DNA from: Euryarchaeota archaeon UBA501
Lineage (GTDB): Archaea; Thermoplasmatota; Poseidoniia; Poseidoniales; Thalassarchaeaceae
Reading direction: 5' to 3'
DNA: 38,664 nt
Assembly: GCA_002505685.1 (NCBI GenBank)
Contig: DAVT01000069.1
Span: 1 to 38,664 of the forward strand
Shown: in pieces, positions 1 to 8,838 of the stretch
Layout of the letters: every line of letters starts with the position of its first letter
Position numbering within the stretch: position 1 is the first letter of the stretch
Notes under the pieces: model-generated
Databases searched by the model: none
What the model saw: only the letters and a program-made list of their open reading frames with translations
Told to the model about the DNA's origin: nothing
Program-made: the position numbers and the translations under genes

Positions 1-1029
1 GGCCATTCACGGGGAGTTTGCCCATTTTCCAAATTCATCTGTATGAATAGCGGCTCGGAATCAGTTACGGTGAGCCTTAGAATCGCTGACGTGAATGCAA
101 ATTTGCAGACAGGGCCTGGAGGGAGACACGAAGGCAAACCAATCAAGTTAGTCGCGATTGAACAAGCATTCCATGGCCGTACAGATAGACCTGCACAAAT
201 ATCTCATTCATGTAAAGAGGGTTATGATAAGAATTTAGCAACATTCAGAGATCGAGATAATCTATTGTTGGTGCCAGCAAACGATACAGAAGCATTGCGT
301 GCAGTATTTGGGCGCGCCGATGAAGAAGGTTTCTTCATCGAAATGATGGCAATCGAACCAGTTCAAGGCGAGGGTAATCCAGGTCAATGTGTTACTCGTG
401 AGTTTTACGATGAAGCACGGCGATTAACACTTGAGCATGGAAGTATGCTATTGGTTGATTCAATTCAAGCTGGGCTGAGGGGCCAAGGTTGCCTTTCAAT
501 CATTGATTATCCTGGGTTTGAAACTTGCGAAGTTCCAGATTTGGAAACTTGGTCAAAGGCGCTCAATGCCGGTCAGTACCCACTTTCTGTTCTAGGCTTG
601 TCACCTAGGGCGGCCGAGTTCTATGTTGTCGGCATATATGGAAACACGATGACTACCAATCCTCGTGCTTTGGAAACAGCCGTTGCAGTATTGGATCAGA
701 TTACTCCAGAGTTGAGGAATAATATCCGCGAGCGGGGTCAAGAATTGGTTCAAAAATTAGCAGTGTTGGCTGAAAAGATGCCCGACATTATCGTTAAAGT
801 GCAGGGTACAGGATTACTATGTAGTGCAGAATTGAATCCAGAAACCCATCCAGTAGTAGGATTTGGTCAGGTGGAAGAACTCTGCCGAACTATGGGTTTG
901 GGTATCATACATGGAGGGAAAAACGCCTTGCGATTCACACCTCATTTCGGCATAACATCGAAAGAAATCGATTTGATTATTGAAATCGTTGAACAAGCGC
1001 TAGTGCTACATGCAAATCGTGAATCGTGA
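1..1029 (+). CDS. Class-III PLP-dependent aminotransferase (acetylornithine/ornithine/GABA-AT-like), 5' end off-window
   Basis: Frame 1 is open from nt 1 with no stop before the first ATG at 43, so the N-terminus is outside the window. Motifs seen: NSGSES (class III SGSEA-like), AFHGRT, LLVDSIQAG (DEVQTG-like) and TWSKAL (Schiff-base Lys region). TGA at 1027-1029. Confidence 0.8.
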   Translation, partial: GHSRGVCPFSKFICMNSGSESVTVSLRIADVNANLQTGPGGRHEGKPIKLVAIEQAFHGRTDRPAQISHSCKEGYDKNLATFRDRDNLLLVPANDTEALRAVFGRADEEGFFIEMMAIEPVQGEGNPGQCVTREFYDEARRLTLEHGSMLLVDSIQAGLRGQGCLSIIDYPGFETCEVPDLETWSKALNAGQYPLSVLGLSPRAAEFYVVGIYGNTMTTNPRALETAVAVLDQITPELRNNIRERGQELVQKLAVLAEKMPDIIVKVQGTGLLCSAELNPETHPVVGFGQVEELCRTMGLGIIHGGKNALRFTPHFGITSKEIDLIIEIVEQALVLHANRES

Positions 1030-1038
1030 TGTGATGGT

Positions 1039-1515
1039 GTGTCTGAGCAATTGACGATAGAATACATCGATGTATATTCTCCAAACGGCGACGGTCCAAT
1101 CAATCAATGGATTAATGCAATTCTAGATGGGGTTGAGCCGGAGCCCGATTCAAAAATCTACCATTGGGTTCATGTTCGTGATGCCGAAAGGGCCCATCTA
1201 ATTTTGACCAAGCATAGAATCAACGGACACTTTCAATTGTGTGGTAGGAGGGCTTGGACACAAGAAATGGTCCTTGTTGAAATTAAGCGATTGTGGGCCC
1301 GTTTCCAGAATACAATTGAGCATAGCCATACAATAGATTCTCTCAGCGAAACCCCTTCTCCTGCTGCCGTCCAGTATAGTGGTGAGCGCCGGCGCCCAGA
1401 TTTGGCACCAATTCACAATGCACTTGTTGAATGTGGCACAGAGGGTTGGCGCCCCATGACTGCAATGCGTGTTGGGCTAATGGAATGTATTGCTCATTCA
1501 TTTGAACAAATCTGA
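1039..1515 (+). CDS. Hypothetical protein resembling only the C-terminal substrate-binding half of an extended SDR (NAD-dependent epimerase/dehydratase)
   Basis: GTG start 9 nt after the aminotransferase stop, in the same frame. The segments HWVHVRDAERAH and FQLCGRRAWTQEMV resemble the f-v-h-V-x-D-v-a and y-N-x-g-x-x-x-s-x-x-e-l blocks of SDR epimerases. There is no Rossmann GxxGxxG and no YxxxK. The 3' end overlaps dys by 18 nt. Confidence 0.4.
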   Translation: MSEQLTIEYIDVYSPNGDGPINQWINAILDGVEPEPDSKIYHWVHVRDAERAHLILTKHRINGHFQLCGRRAWTQEMVLVEIKRLWARFQNTIEHSHTIDSLSETPSPAAVQYSGERRRPDLAPIHNALVECGTEGWRPMTAMRVGLMECIAHSFEQI

Positions 1516-2505
1516 ACCTAGCAAAGGCAGTAGCACACTTGCATCTCCTTCTACTGTCACCTGAGGTGCCTCGGGTCTGATTTTTCCCCATGAAATAGCT
1601 TCGCGTAATCTTGCACCAGACAGGCTCCCGTCGTGTTCAGAAGCAGTTGTGATTCCAACAGCAGAGTCTAACCCGCCACGATATTGATTCCACCATATCA
1701 CGTGATGCTTTGAAATGCCACCTCCAACCATAAGGGCGTGACTTTCTTCACAGGTCCAAGTAAGATCAGATAGGATTTGTTCGTCTGCAAGAAAATCAAT
1801 CATGAAATCAGGACTACGCTGACGGTGCATGAACAACTGCGCCCCAATCGAGCCATCTGAAAGACCCGGGATTACAATGGGGATGCGGTGTTTTGCAGCC
1901 CAATATAGCAGGCTATTTTCATCCCGAATTCTATCTCCAAAGGCCCAACATAATTCCACACTACCGAATCCATGCCAAGGGTTTTCTGGATTAATCTCCC
2001 TGCGCTCTTTCTCAATTTCTTCTAGCCATGGAAGGACAGATTGTTCCAAAATTTCGCCATAGCACTCATTTGGGACGATTACATTCCCTAATCGATTAAG
2101 GCCTTGTTCACCCAGTTCTACATCATCAAGTTCGAAGGCCCCATGGTAGTATGCTTGGTATGTCCTAGCAATGTCGTGATCCAAGGTTCCACAAGTAGTA
2201 ATTACGACATTGTAGGCTTTGCGTTTGATAGCCTCTACGAAGAAACCCCTTGTCCCTGTCGCACAAAGGCAAGCTGGGAATGATAGCCAATTCAGAACCC
2301 CCTCTTGATTTGATTTTAACATGGCTTCAGCCAACACATCTCGCGCGTGAGCCAGTTTCGTTGCAGAAAACCCGCCTGCACTTGCCATTTGATCGATTAG
2401 TGACGAAACTCCATCAATCTCACTGAATGAATAATCCACGACAGGGGCATCGAAATCATCGCGCTCTATCGACATGTGAACAAGCCCGCGAACCAGCACC
2501 TCCAC
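1498..2505 (-). CDS. dys: Deoxyhypusine synthase
   Basis: GGGISKHHVIW and EHDGSLSGARLREAISWGKI match the conserved DHS C-terminal blocks. The longest ORF starts at GTG 2505; the first ATG is at 2475. It lies 22 nt downstream of the uvrB stop on the same strand. Confidence 0.9.
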   Translation of the reverse strand: MEVLVRGLVHMSIERDDFDAPVVDYSFSEIDGVSSLIDQMASAGGFSATKLAHARDVLAEAMLKSNQEGVLNWLSFPACLCATGTRGFFVEAIKRKAYNVVITTCGTLDHDIARTYQAYYHGAFELDDVELGEQGLNRLGNVIVPNECYGEILEQSVLPWLEEIEKERREINPENPWHGFGSVELCWAFGDRIRDENSLLYWAAKHRIPIVIPGLSDGSIGAQLFMHRQRSPDFMIDFLADEQILSDLTWTCEESHALMVGGGISKHHVIWWNQYRGGLDSAVGITTASEHDGSLSGARLREAISWGKIRPEAPQVTVEGDASVLLPLLGSDLFK

Positions 2506-2527
2506 TTCAAAGAGTGGTTTGAAAAAA

Positions 2528-4828
2528 TCAATTGGAAGTTGAGTTTTCCAATTGGAAAATCCTATCTCTTAATTGGGCCGCTTTCTCGAATTCTAACCGC
2601 TCTGCAGCCTGAATCATTTCTTTCTTCAAACGATCAATGAGTACCAAATCTTCGTTGACATCTGAATCAAATTCTTCCGAATCGGGTTGTGATAAGTTGG
2701 AAAGTACATCATCACCCCATAATCCGGCACCTAGATTGAATTTCTTCACCAAATCATTTGCTCGACTCTTCGTACTCTGACTCGATGAACCCCCTACAAA
2801 CCGCTTTCCTCCAGTCACGCCTTTACCAGCCGTTCCTGCTAGAAGTTGTTCAGCTTCAATGCCCATTACTGGTAGGGGTTTGACGATAGTTTTCGGAATA
2901 ATTCCATGAGTTTCGTTGTGTGCGAGTTGTTTTTGACGCCTTTCAATTGTCTGGGATATGGCCGATTCCATGGCTCTACCCATAGAGTCTGCATACAGAA
3001 TGACTTTGCCATTTTCATTCCGAGAAGCCCGCCCAATGGTTTGGAGTAAACTACGTTCATTGCGTAAGAATCCCTCTTTGTCGGCATCAAAGATAGCAAC
3101 TAAACTAACCTCGGGAATGTCTAATCCTTCACGTAGCAAATTGATTCCCACTACTACATCGATGTGACCAATTCGAAGCGCTTTGATAATTTCACTTCGC
3201 TCAAGAGTGTCTATCTCAGAATGTAGGTAGTGTGCTTTTATTCCCATCCTTTGGAGATAATCCGCAACCTCTTCTGCAAATTTGATGGTCATTACGGTGA
3301 CAAGTACCCTTTCATTTCTTTGTGTACAATCATTGATTTCATCAAGCAAATTCTGTACTTGACCTTCAGTTGGTCGAACTTCAATAGAGGGGTCAAGTAA
3401 TCCCGTTGGACGAATTTCCATTCTAGAAATGCCCTGTATTTCCCCAAGTGCATCTTTGAGTAGAGGTTTGCGCTTTTCTTTCGGGTCTTGCTCGGGCATA
3501 TTTTGTCCGGTACATTCGCAAAGTTGCCGCAACTCTCGTTCACCAGGGGTGGCACTGACATACAGTAATTGATGGACGAGAGATTGGAATTCATGGTCTT
3601 TCAAAGGTCGATTATCAGCTGCAGAAGGCAGCCTGAATCCATGCTCGATTAGATTGTCTTTGCGAGCCTTATCTCCGTGATACATTCCACCCAATTGAGG
3701 AAGGGTCACGTGACTTTCATCCATTATCACTAGGAATTTTTCTTTTGATCCATGGAATGTTTTCGCACAAGCAGAAAAGAAATCTAGTAAGCAATATGGG
3801 CGCTCACCATAGGTCCGTCCATCAAAGTGCATCGAGTAGTTCTCCACACTTCTACAATGACCAATTTCCTTCAACATGTCAAGGTCATACCTAGTTTTGG
3901 ATTCCAACCGATGAGCTTCCAAATCTCTACCTTCTTTTTCAAAGAAATCCAGGCGCTCTTGCAATTCGAATTCAATATCATCCAGAGCTCTTTCAAATCT
4001 CTCGGGACTAGTCATAAAGAATTCCTTGGGGTGAACCCACACTTCCTCAACTTCATCCACTGCTTCCCAAGAAACAGATTCACAGACTTGAATTCTAATA
4101 ATTCCATCTAAGTCAAATTGAATTCTCAAAGGATCATCCCGACTCGGCATCCACAAATCGAGAACCTCTCCCCTCAACCTCAATTCCCCACGCGATATTT
4201 CCCCGGTAACTCTGCGATATTGTAACGCAACTAATTCCTTCACGACATCGTGTGGTTCGACTTGTTGCCCAACATGAATTCGCGCATGTTGTTGCAAAAA
4301 TGTCTCAGGGGGGTTAAGGCCGTAAATCGCTGAAACGGTTGCCACGACTAGGACATCCGGACGAGATACAAGTGAGGCAACGGTTGAGAACCTCTCTTGT
4401 TCGATTCGTTCGTTCAGCGATAGTTCCTTTTCGATGTACAAATCTCTCTTGGGTAGGTATGCTTCTGGTTGATAATAATCGTAATGGGAAACAAAGTATT
4501 CAACGGCATTGTTTGGAAATAGCGACGACATTTCCTGCCACAATTGCCTCGACAATGTCTTGTTGTGTGAGAGGATCAAAGTCGGGATATTGAGTGATTC
4601 GATGATATTGGCCATTGCGAATGTTTTGCCCGATCCTGTGACGCCTAACATGACGCATCTTGACTGTGAATTTCTCAATTGAGAAAGTGTTTTTTCAATT
4701 GCACTTTCTTGGTCTCCAGATGGCCCGTATTCAGCACGGAGTTCAAACTTGGAAACCGTTGGGTCGAGATGGGCTTTTGCCGCCCCATCTAGAGCCTTAG
4801 AGAGATCGAAAGGATCCACGCTATTCAT
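2528..4828 (-). CDS. uvrB: Excinuclease ABC subunit B
   Basis: Walker A GVTGSGKTF, DESH box (IMDESHVTLPQ), motif VI QTIGRASRN and a C-terminal UVR domain LEFEKAAQLRDRI. The first ATG (4828) forms an ATGA overlap with the ubiA-family stop (4825-4827); the ORF-track start at 4858 is a GTG. The linker before the UVR domain is unusually long. Confidence 0.93.
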   Translation of the reverse strand: MNSVDPFDLSKALDGAAKAHLDPTVSKFELRAEYGPSGDQESAIEKTLSQLRNSQSRCVMLGVTGSGKTFAMANIIESLNIPTLILSHNKTLSRQLWQEMSSLFPNNAVEYFVSHYDYYQPEAYLPKRDLYIEKELSLNERIEQERFSTVASLVSRPDVLVVATVSAIYGLNPPETFLQQHARIHVGQQVEPHDVVKELVALQYRRVTGEISRGELRLRGEVLDLWMPSRDDPLRIQFDLDGIIRIQVCESVSWEAVDEVEEVWVHPKEFFMTSPERFERALDDIEFELQERLDFFEKEGRDLEAHRLESKTRYDLDMLKEIGHCRSVENYSMHFDGRTYGERPYCLLDFFSACAKTFHGSKEKFLVIMDESHVTLPQLGGMYHGDKARKDNLIEHGFRLPSAADNRPLKDHEFQSLVHQLLYVSATPGERELRQLCECTGQNMPEQDPKEKRKPLLKDALGEIQGISRMEIRPTGLLDPSIEVRPTEGQVQNLLDEINDCTQRNERVLVTVMTIKFAEEVADYLQRMGIKAHYLHSEIDTLERSEIIKALRIGHIDVVVGINLLREGLDIPEVSLVAIFDADKEGFLRNERSLLQTIGRASRNENGKVILYADSMGRAMESAISQTIERRQKQLAHNETHGIIPKTIVKPLPVMGIEAEQLLAGTAGKGVTGGKRFVGGSSSQSTKSRANDLVKKFNLGAGLWGDDVLSNLSQPDSEEFDSDVNEDLVLIDRLKKEMIQAAERLEFEKAAQLRDRIFQLENSTSN

Positions 4829-5676
4829 GCAATCATCAATCCTCCCAGCAACACCCACCCAGTTACAACACTGGTATAGAAAAACGTCTTCTGAAAGTCA
4901 GCTAAGCGTTGTTGGGCTAGAATCACACAGATGTTAATCAAACACATGAGAATGGCTGCACCCATGAATGTGAATTCATCAATCGGGTCAGCGATTGCAA
5001 AACAGGCAAACCAAAGCAGGGTGAGTTGGATACTGGTTCGGAGAGTGTGCTGTTCTCCGAATCGAGCGGGGAAAGAATAAACTCCATTTTCACGGTCACT
5101 ATCGACGTCCATCAATGCATAATTGAGGTCGAAAGCAGCAATCCAAAACATGACACCCAAACAAACCCAAAACACAGTTGGATACCAATAGAATTCAGTG
5201 ATTGCATCCCAACCCAATTCCCCTCCTTGTATCCCCAACCAAGCACCGGCAGGAGCGAGACCCAAACACAAACCGAGCCACAAATGGCACGCCCAAGTGA
5301 TTCTTTTCGTGTATGGATATATGACAAATGCAAGAACGGGTAACCAACTCATTGCCAAAGCCACTTCATTCAATTGCCATGCCCCTAACAAAAGCATTGC
5401 CAAAAAGAGGCCCGATAATGACCACGCCACCCTCATGCTCATGGTGCCTGAGGCCAAGTGACGCTCAGATGTTCTTGGATTATTCGAATCAATTTCTCGG
5501 TCAATAATCCGATTGAGTGCCATGGCCAGTCCTCTAGCACCAATCGCAGCCACAAGAATCCAGGTAAGTTGAATCAGAGTTGGGTCACCTGCAATCTTGG
5601 CCCCAATGAATACGAATGGAAGCGAAAATAACGTATGTTCAATTTTCACAAATTCAAGAATCTCTCTCAAGCCCAT
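4825..5676 (-). CDS. UbiA-family aromatic prenyltransferase (polytopic membrane protein)
   Basis: First Asp-rich motif NRIIDREIDSNNPRTSERHLASG and second Asp-rich motif DLNYALMDVDSDRENG, with multiple hydrophobic helices. The ATG at 5676 is preceded by AGAGGTG, 5 nt upstream of the ATG, and overlaps the ubiD-family 3' end by 10 nt. Confidence 0.85.
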   Translation of the reverse strand: MGLREILEFVKIEHTLFSLPFVFIGAKIAGDPTLIQLTWILVAAIGARGLAMALNRIIDREIDSNNPRTSERHLASGTMSMRVAWSLSGLFLAMLLLGAWQLNEVALAMSWLPVLAFVIYPYTKRITWACHLWLGLCLGLAPAGAWLGIQGGELGWDAITEFYWYPTVFWVCLGVMFWIAAFDLNYALMDVDSDRENGVYSFPARFGEQHTLRTSIQLTLLWFACFAIADPIDEFTFMGAAILMCLINICVILAQQRLADFQKTFFYTSVVTGWVLLGGLMIA

Positions 5677-7508
5677 GTTCGCACCTCTTGATCGTACCAA
5701 GTGTCGACTTTCTTCTGAACATCCGGGTCGTGCAAACAAACAGCAGGCCATCTTCGAACAGGCACGGCTCCTTCCTTACTAGGAATCGGCGCGGTCGCAT
5801 CCCAACAAATTCTGTGACCATCTTCGGAGAAATGTAAATCCCTTTTCACTTCGAATCTGCAAAATAGTTGCCACAGAAGAGTGCGCATAGCATCATCAGC
5901 ATTCAAATCCACAGAGTCGTCGGTGATAAATAGCCACCTTATATTATCTGAATCTTTCAATTGCCAAATTGAATTCATCAATTGAGATATTTTTTCCCTT
6001 TGTGCCTTTGCAGCCTCTTCGTTATTGACCTCAGTATTCTCAAATTCAGAAGGTCCACCTTCAATCCGTGTTGTGATTACGAGCATTGAAGGGCGCAACC
6101 ATCGGTGTTGCGTAATACCTTCAATGCCCTCAATAGTGGCATTTGCTCCCTCTTGCTGTCGTTGCGTCGAAGCGTCGATTAGCAATTTCGAATGGATACC
6201 CTCGACGGGTGCTGCGTGAGCCAATTGGTCTGCAACCATATCGTCCAAAACAACTAGGTCTTCTGGGATGGAAACATTTTGATCTAAGATATCCAATAGC
6301 GCGTCTAAATCTTTCACGTTGTGAGTTGGACCTGTTGCTACAATGCTCTTGAGAAACATCATTTGACCCGCTCCCCAAAGCCCGAGAGCGGTTTTCCTCG
6401 CCTGTGCAGGATACCTTTGCTTGGAAGCAACAATGGCCAAATTATGGAATCCCGTTTCTAGTGGTAAGAAGACATTGCAAACATCTCTGTGTTGGAATTT
6501 CAAGACTGGGAGGAATGCTTCTCCAATCGCTTCGCCAAGATATCCATCTTCCATGGGAGGTTTTCCAACGATTGTCATTGGTACAACGGCATTCTTACGA
6601 TGTGTAATCGCCGTAACATGGAGAACCGGAAACAAACCTTCAAGTGAATAATGACCGAAATGATCACCAAATGGCCCTTCAAGTCTTGTTTCGCCCGGAA
6701 TAGTGTACCCTTCAATCACAATGTCACATTCAGCGGGCACCCACAAATCCTGTGTCAAGCATTTCGTGATTCGCAAGCGTTGTTCACCTAGCATTCCTGC
6801 AAACATGTATTCCTCGAGGTTATCAGGAAGTGGTGCAATTGCACTAAACATCACTTCAGGAGGGCCACCCAAACAAATGGCGACGGGCATTTTCCCATCG
6901 TTTGCATCAGCGTGTTCAGCACCATGTTTGTGCATTTGCCAATGCAAACCAACTTCTTTGGGTCCGAAAACTTGAGCCCGGTACATACCGAGGTTGTGCT
7001 CGTTGTTTTCTGGATTTTTTGTGACGACTAATGGTAGCGTCATGAATGGTCCCCCATCTAGCCTCCAAGTTGTTGGAATGGGCAACTTCGTAACATTTGG
7101 ATTGGCCATTCGCACCTGTTGGCAAGCTCCTTTGCGGACCTTTTTCGGTGGTAATGCAAGTGCTCTTTTCGCTAGAGGCCATGCCTTCCATGGTCGCTTT
7201 ACGAATGTGCCAATATCGGGTTTCATCAACTCCGTCAATTTCAATCCAATCTCATTTGGTTTTTCGACTCTCAATGCCTGATTTGTTCTTCTTCTCGTTC
7301 CAAACAGATTCATCGCAAGTGGAAATTCAGAGATCGTTCCATCTGCAAGAATTGGTTGTTCGAAAATGACTGCGGGACCACCGTTTTTGACGAGCTTGTC
7401 CGCAATGCACCCGGCTTCCAAGTAGCAATCGACAGGGTGTGTGACTCGAATCAGGTCGCCCTGGTCCTCCAAGGCGCGCAGATATCGGCCCAAACGGCGC
7501 CATCCCAT
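5667..7508 (-). CDS. UbiD-family (prenylated-FMN dependent) aromatic decarboxylase
   Basis: Blocks GMYRAQV, HWQMHKHGA and EGPFGDHFGHY are typical for UbiD. At 613 aa it is longer than classical UbiD, with an insertion and extension in the C-terminal third. Confidence 0.85.
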   Translation of the reverse strand: MGWRRLGRYLRALEDQGDLIRVTHPVDCYLEAGCIADKLVKNGGPAVIFEQPILADGTISEFPLAMNLFGTRRRTNQALRVEKPNEIGLKLTELMKPDIGTFVKRPWKAWPLAKRALALPPKKVRKGACQQVRMANPNVTKLPIPTTWRLDGGPFMTLPLVVTKNPENNEHNLGMYRAQVFGPKEVGLHWQMHKHGAEHADANDGKMPVAICLGGPPEVMFSAIAPLPDNLEEYMFAGMLGEQRLRITKCLTQDLWVPAECDIVIEGYTIPGETRLEGPFGDHFGHYSLEGLFPVLHVTAITHRKNAVVPMTIVGKPPMEDGYLGEAIGEAFLPVLKFQHRDVCNVFLPLETGFHNLAIVASKQRYPAQARKTALGLWGAGQMMFLKSIVATGPTHNVKDLDALLDILDQNVSIPEDLVVLDDMVADQLAHAAPVEGIHSKLLIDASTQRQQEGANATIEGIEGITQHRWLRPSMLVITTRIEGGPSEFENTEVNNEEAAKAQREKISQLMNSIWQLKDSDNIRWLFITDDSVDLNADDAMRTLLWQLFCRFEVKRDLHFSEDGHRICWDATAPIPSKEGAVPVRRWPAVCLHDPDVQKKVDTWYDQEVRTWA

Positions 7509-7553
7509 GGCTTGTCGGAAACGCTCATCGTATGAAATACAGTGTGTGTGAGC

Positions 7554-7570
7554 CGGTGCCTATGGCACCG
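7554..7570. promoter_or_regulatory. Perfect hairpin CGGTGCC-TAT-GGCACCG in the divergent ubiD / reductase spacer
   Basis: 7-bp inverted repeat with a 3-nt loop, read directly. It is flanked by GT-rich tracts and sits about 38 nt upstream of the ATG at 7608. Confidence 0.5.
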
Positions 7571-7607
7571 TGTGTTTCAAGGCCCGTATCGGTCGTTACC
7601 CATCCCA

Positions 7608-8834
7608 ATGGCGACCGAGTGCGATGTCCTAGTCGTTGGCGCCGGGCCGGGAGGTGGCTCTGCAGCGCTGCATTCAGCAAGAGCAGGTTTGTCGGTTATT
7701 TTGATTGAAGATCACGCAGAAATTGGTACTCCAGTTCATTGTGGGGAATGCCTTTCAGATATCGCTGTTGCCAATCTCGAATTGGACATTCCGGATTCTG
7801 TAATCAGCAAACGCGTTGAGGGGATTCGGGTGATTTTTCCAGATGGTACCGAAAAGAAACTCTCTGAATCTGGTTATGTGTTAGAGAAGCACTTGTTTGA
7901 GCAGTGGATTGCAAACGAGGCCGTTGCCCAAGGGGCGAGTCTGAATTTGAAGCATAAATTGACAGGGATGACACGAATCGAAAAGGATGGACAATTTTCT
8001 GGATGGTTGTGTGAAGGAAAAGGAGAGGCGTTCCCAATCACTGCCAAGGTCATTATCGATGCCTCTGGAGTTGCTGGCGTTTGCTCAAAGTTAACCAAAC
8101 TAAATGAACGCCCCAAAGTGATTGCAGGGATGCAATATGAGATGCTGGAAGTCCCCACGGATGGTTACCTAGATTTCTACATCTGGCCTAAGTATGCAAA
8201 GAAGGGGTACCTTTGGATGATACCAAAATGCGATGGACGAGCCAACGTTGGTTTGGTTAGCGAAGAAAAGAAGGGCCTCATCAACGATTTGGATTCGTTT
8301 ATCGAGAATACTCATTTCTCGGATCTTGAAGTGGTGAACCCCCCGTGGAGAGAAGATGGTCGCTCAATCCGAGGCTTTGGGGGAACAATCCCAATCTCTG
8401 GACCTCATGAGCGCACCTTCTTCGATGGTCTGCTCCTTGTGGGGGATGCCGCAGGATTTACATCACCTCTGTTTGAAGGCGGTTCACATCTCGCTCTCAA
8501 ATCCGCGGTATTCGCTGCAGAAACCGCAGCAGCAGCGATTGCTTCTGGAGATTATTCAAAATCCAATTTAGCGCCATACCAAACCGCTTGGAAGAAAGAA
8601 TTCCCTCCGTATGAAAAAATCTTGAAAGGGAAGACGGCGTTATATGATTTGAGTGATGATGACATGTCACTCATGGGTCGTTGTTTTCCTCAAGAAATGT
8701 CTGCAATGGGTCCCCACGGTAAAGTCATGGTCGGGTTGAGATTACTCTTCAGAAAACCCTCACTATACTTCAGACGCATTATCCCCGCCATGCTCGCATT
8801 TGGTTATAGCCGTGCGAAATACTACGGATGGTGA
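7608..8834 (+). CDS. Geranylgeranyl reductase family FAD-dependent oxidoreductase
   Basis: N-terminal DVLVVGAGPGGGSAA (GxGxxG) directly after the ATG at 7608, and an LLVGDAAGF motif. The ORF-track start at 7542 is a GTG inside the hairpin-containing spacer and is probably over-extended. Confidence 0.85.
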   Translation: MATECDVLVVGAGPGGGSAALHSARAGLSVILIEDHAEIGTPVHCGECLSDIAVANLELDIPDSVISKRVEGIRVIFPDGTEKKLSESGYVLEKHLFEQWIANEAVAQGASLNLKHKLTGMTRIEKDGQFSGWLCEGKGEAFPITAKVIIDASGVAGVCSKLTKLNERPKVIAGMQYEMLEVPTDGYLDFYIWPKYAKKGYLWMIPKCDGRANVGLVSEEKKGLINDLDSFIENTHFSDLEVVNPPWREDGRSIRGFGGTIPISGPHERTFFDGLLLVGDAAGFTSPLFEGGSHLALKSAVFAAETAAAAIASGDYSKSNLAPYQTAWKKEFPPYEKILKGKTALYDLSDDDMSLMGRCFPQEMSAMGPHGKVMVGLRLLFRKPSLYFRRIIPAMLAFGYSRAKYYGW

Positions 8835-8838
8835 ATCG

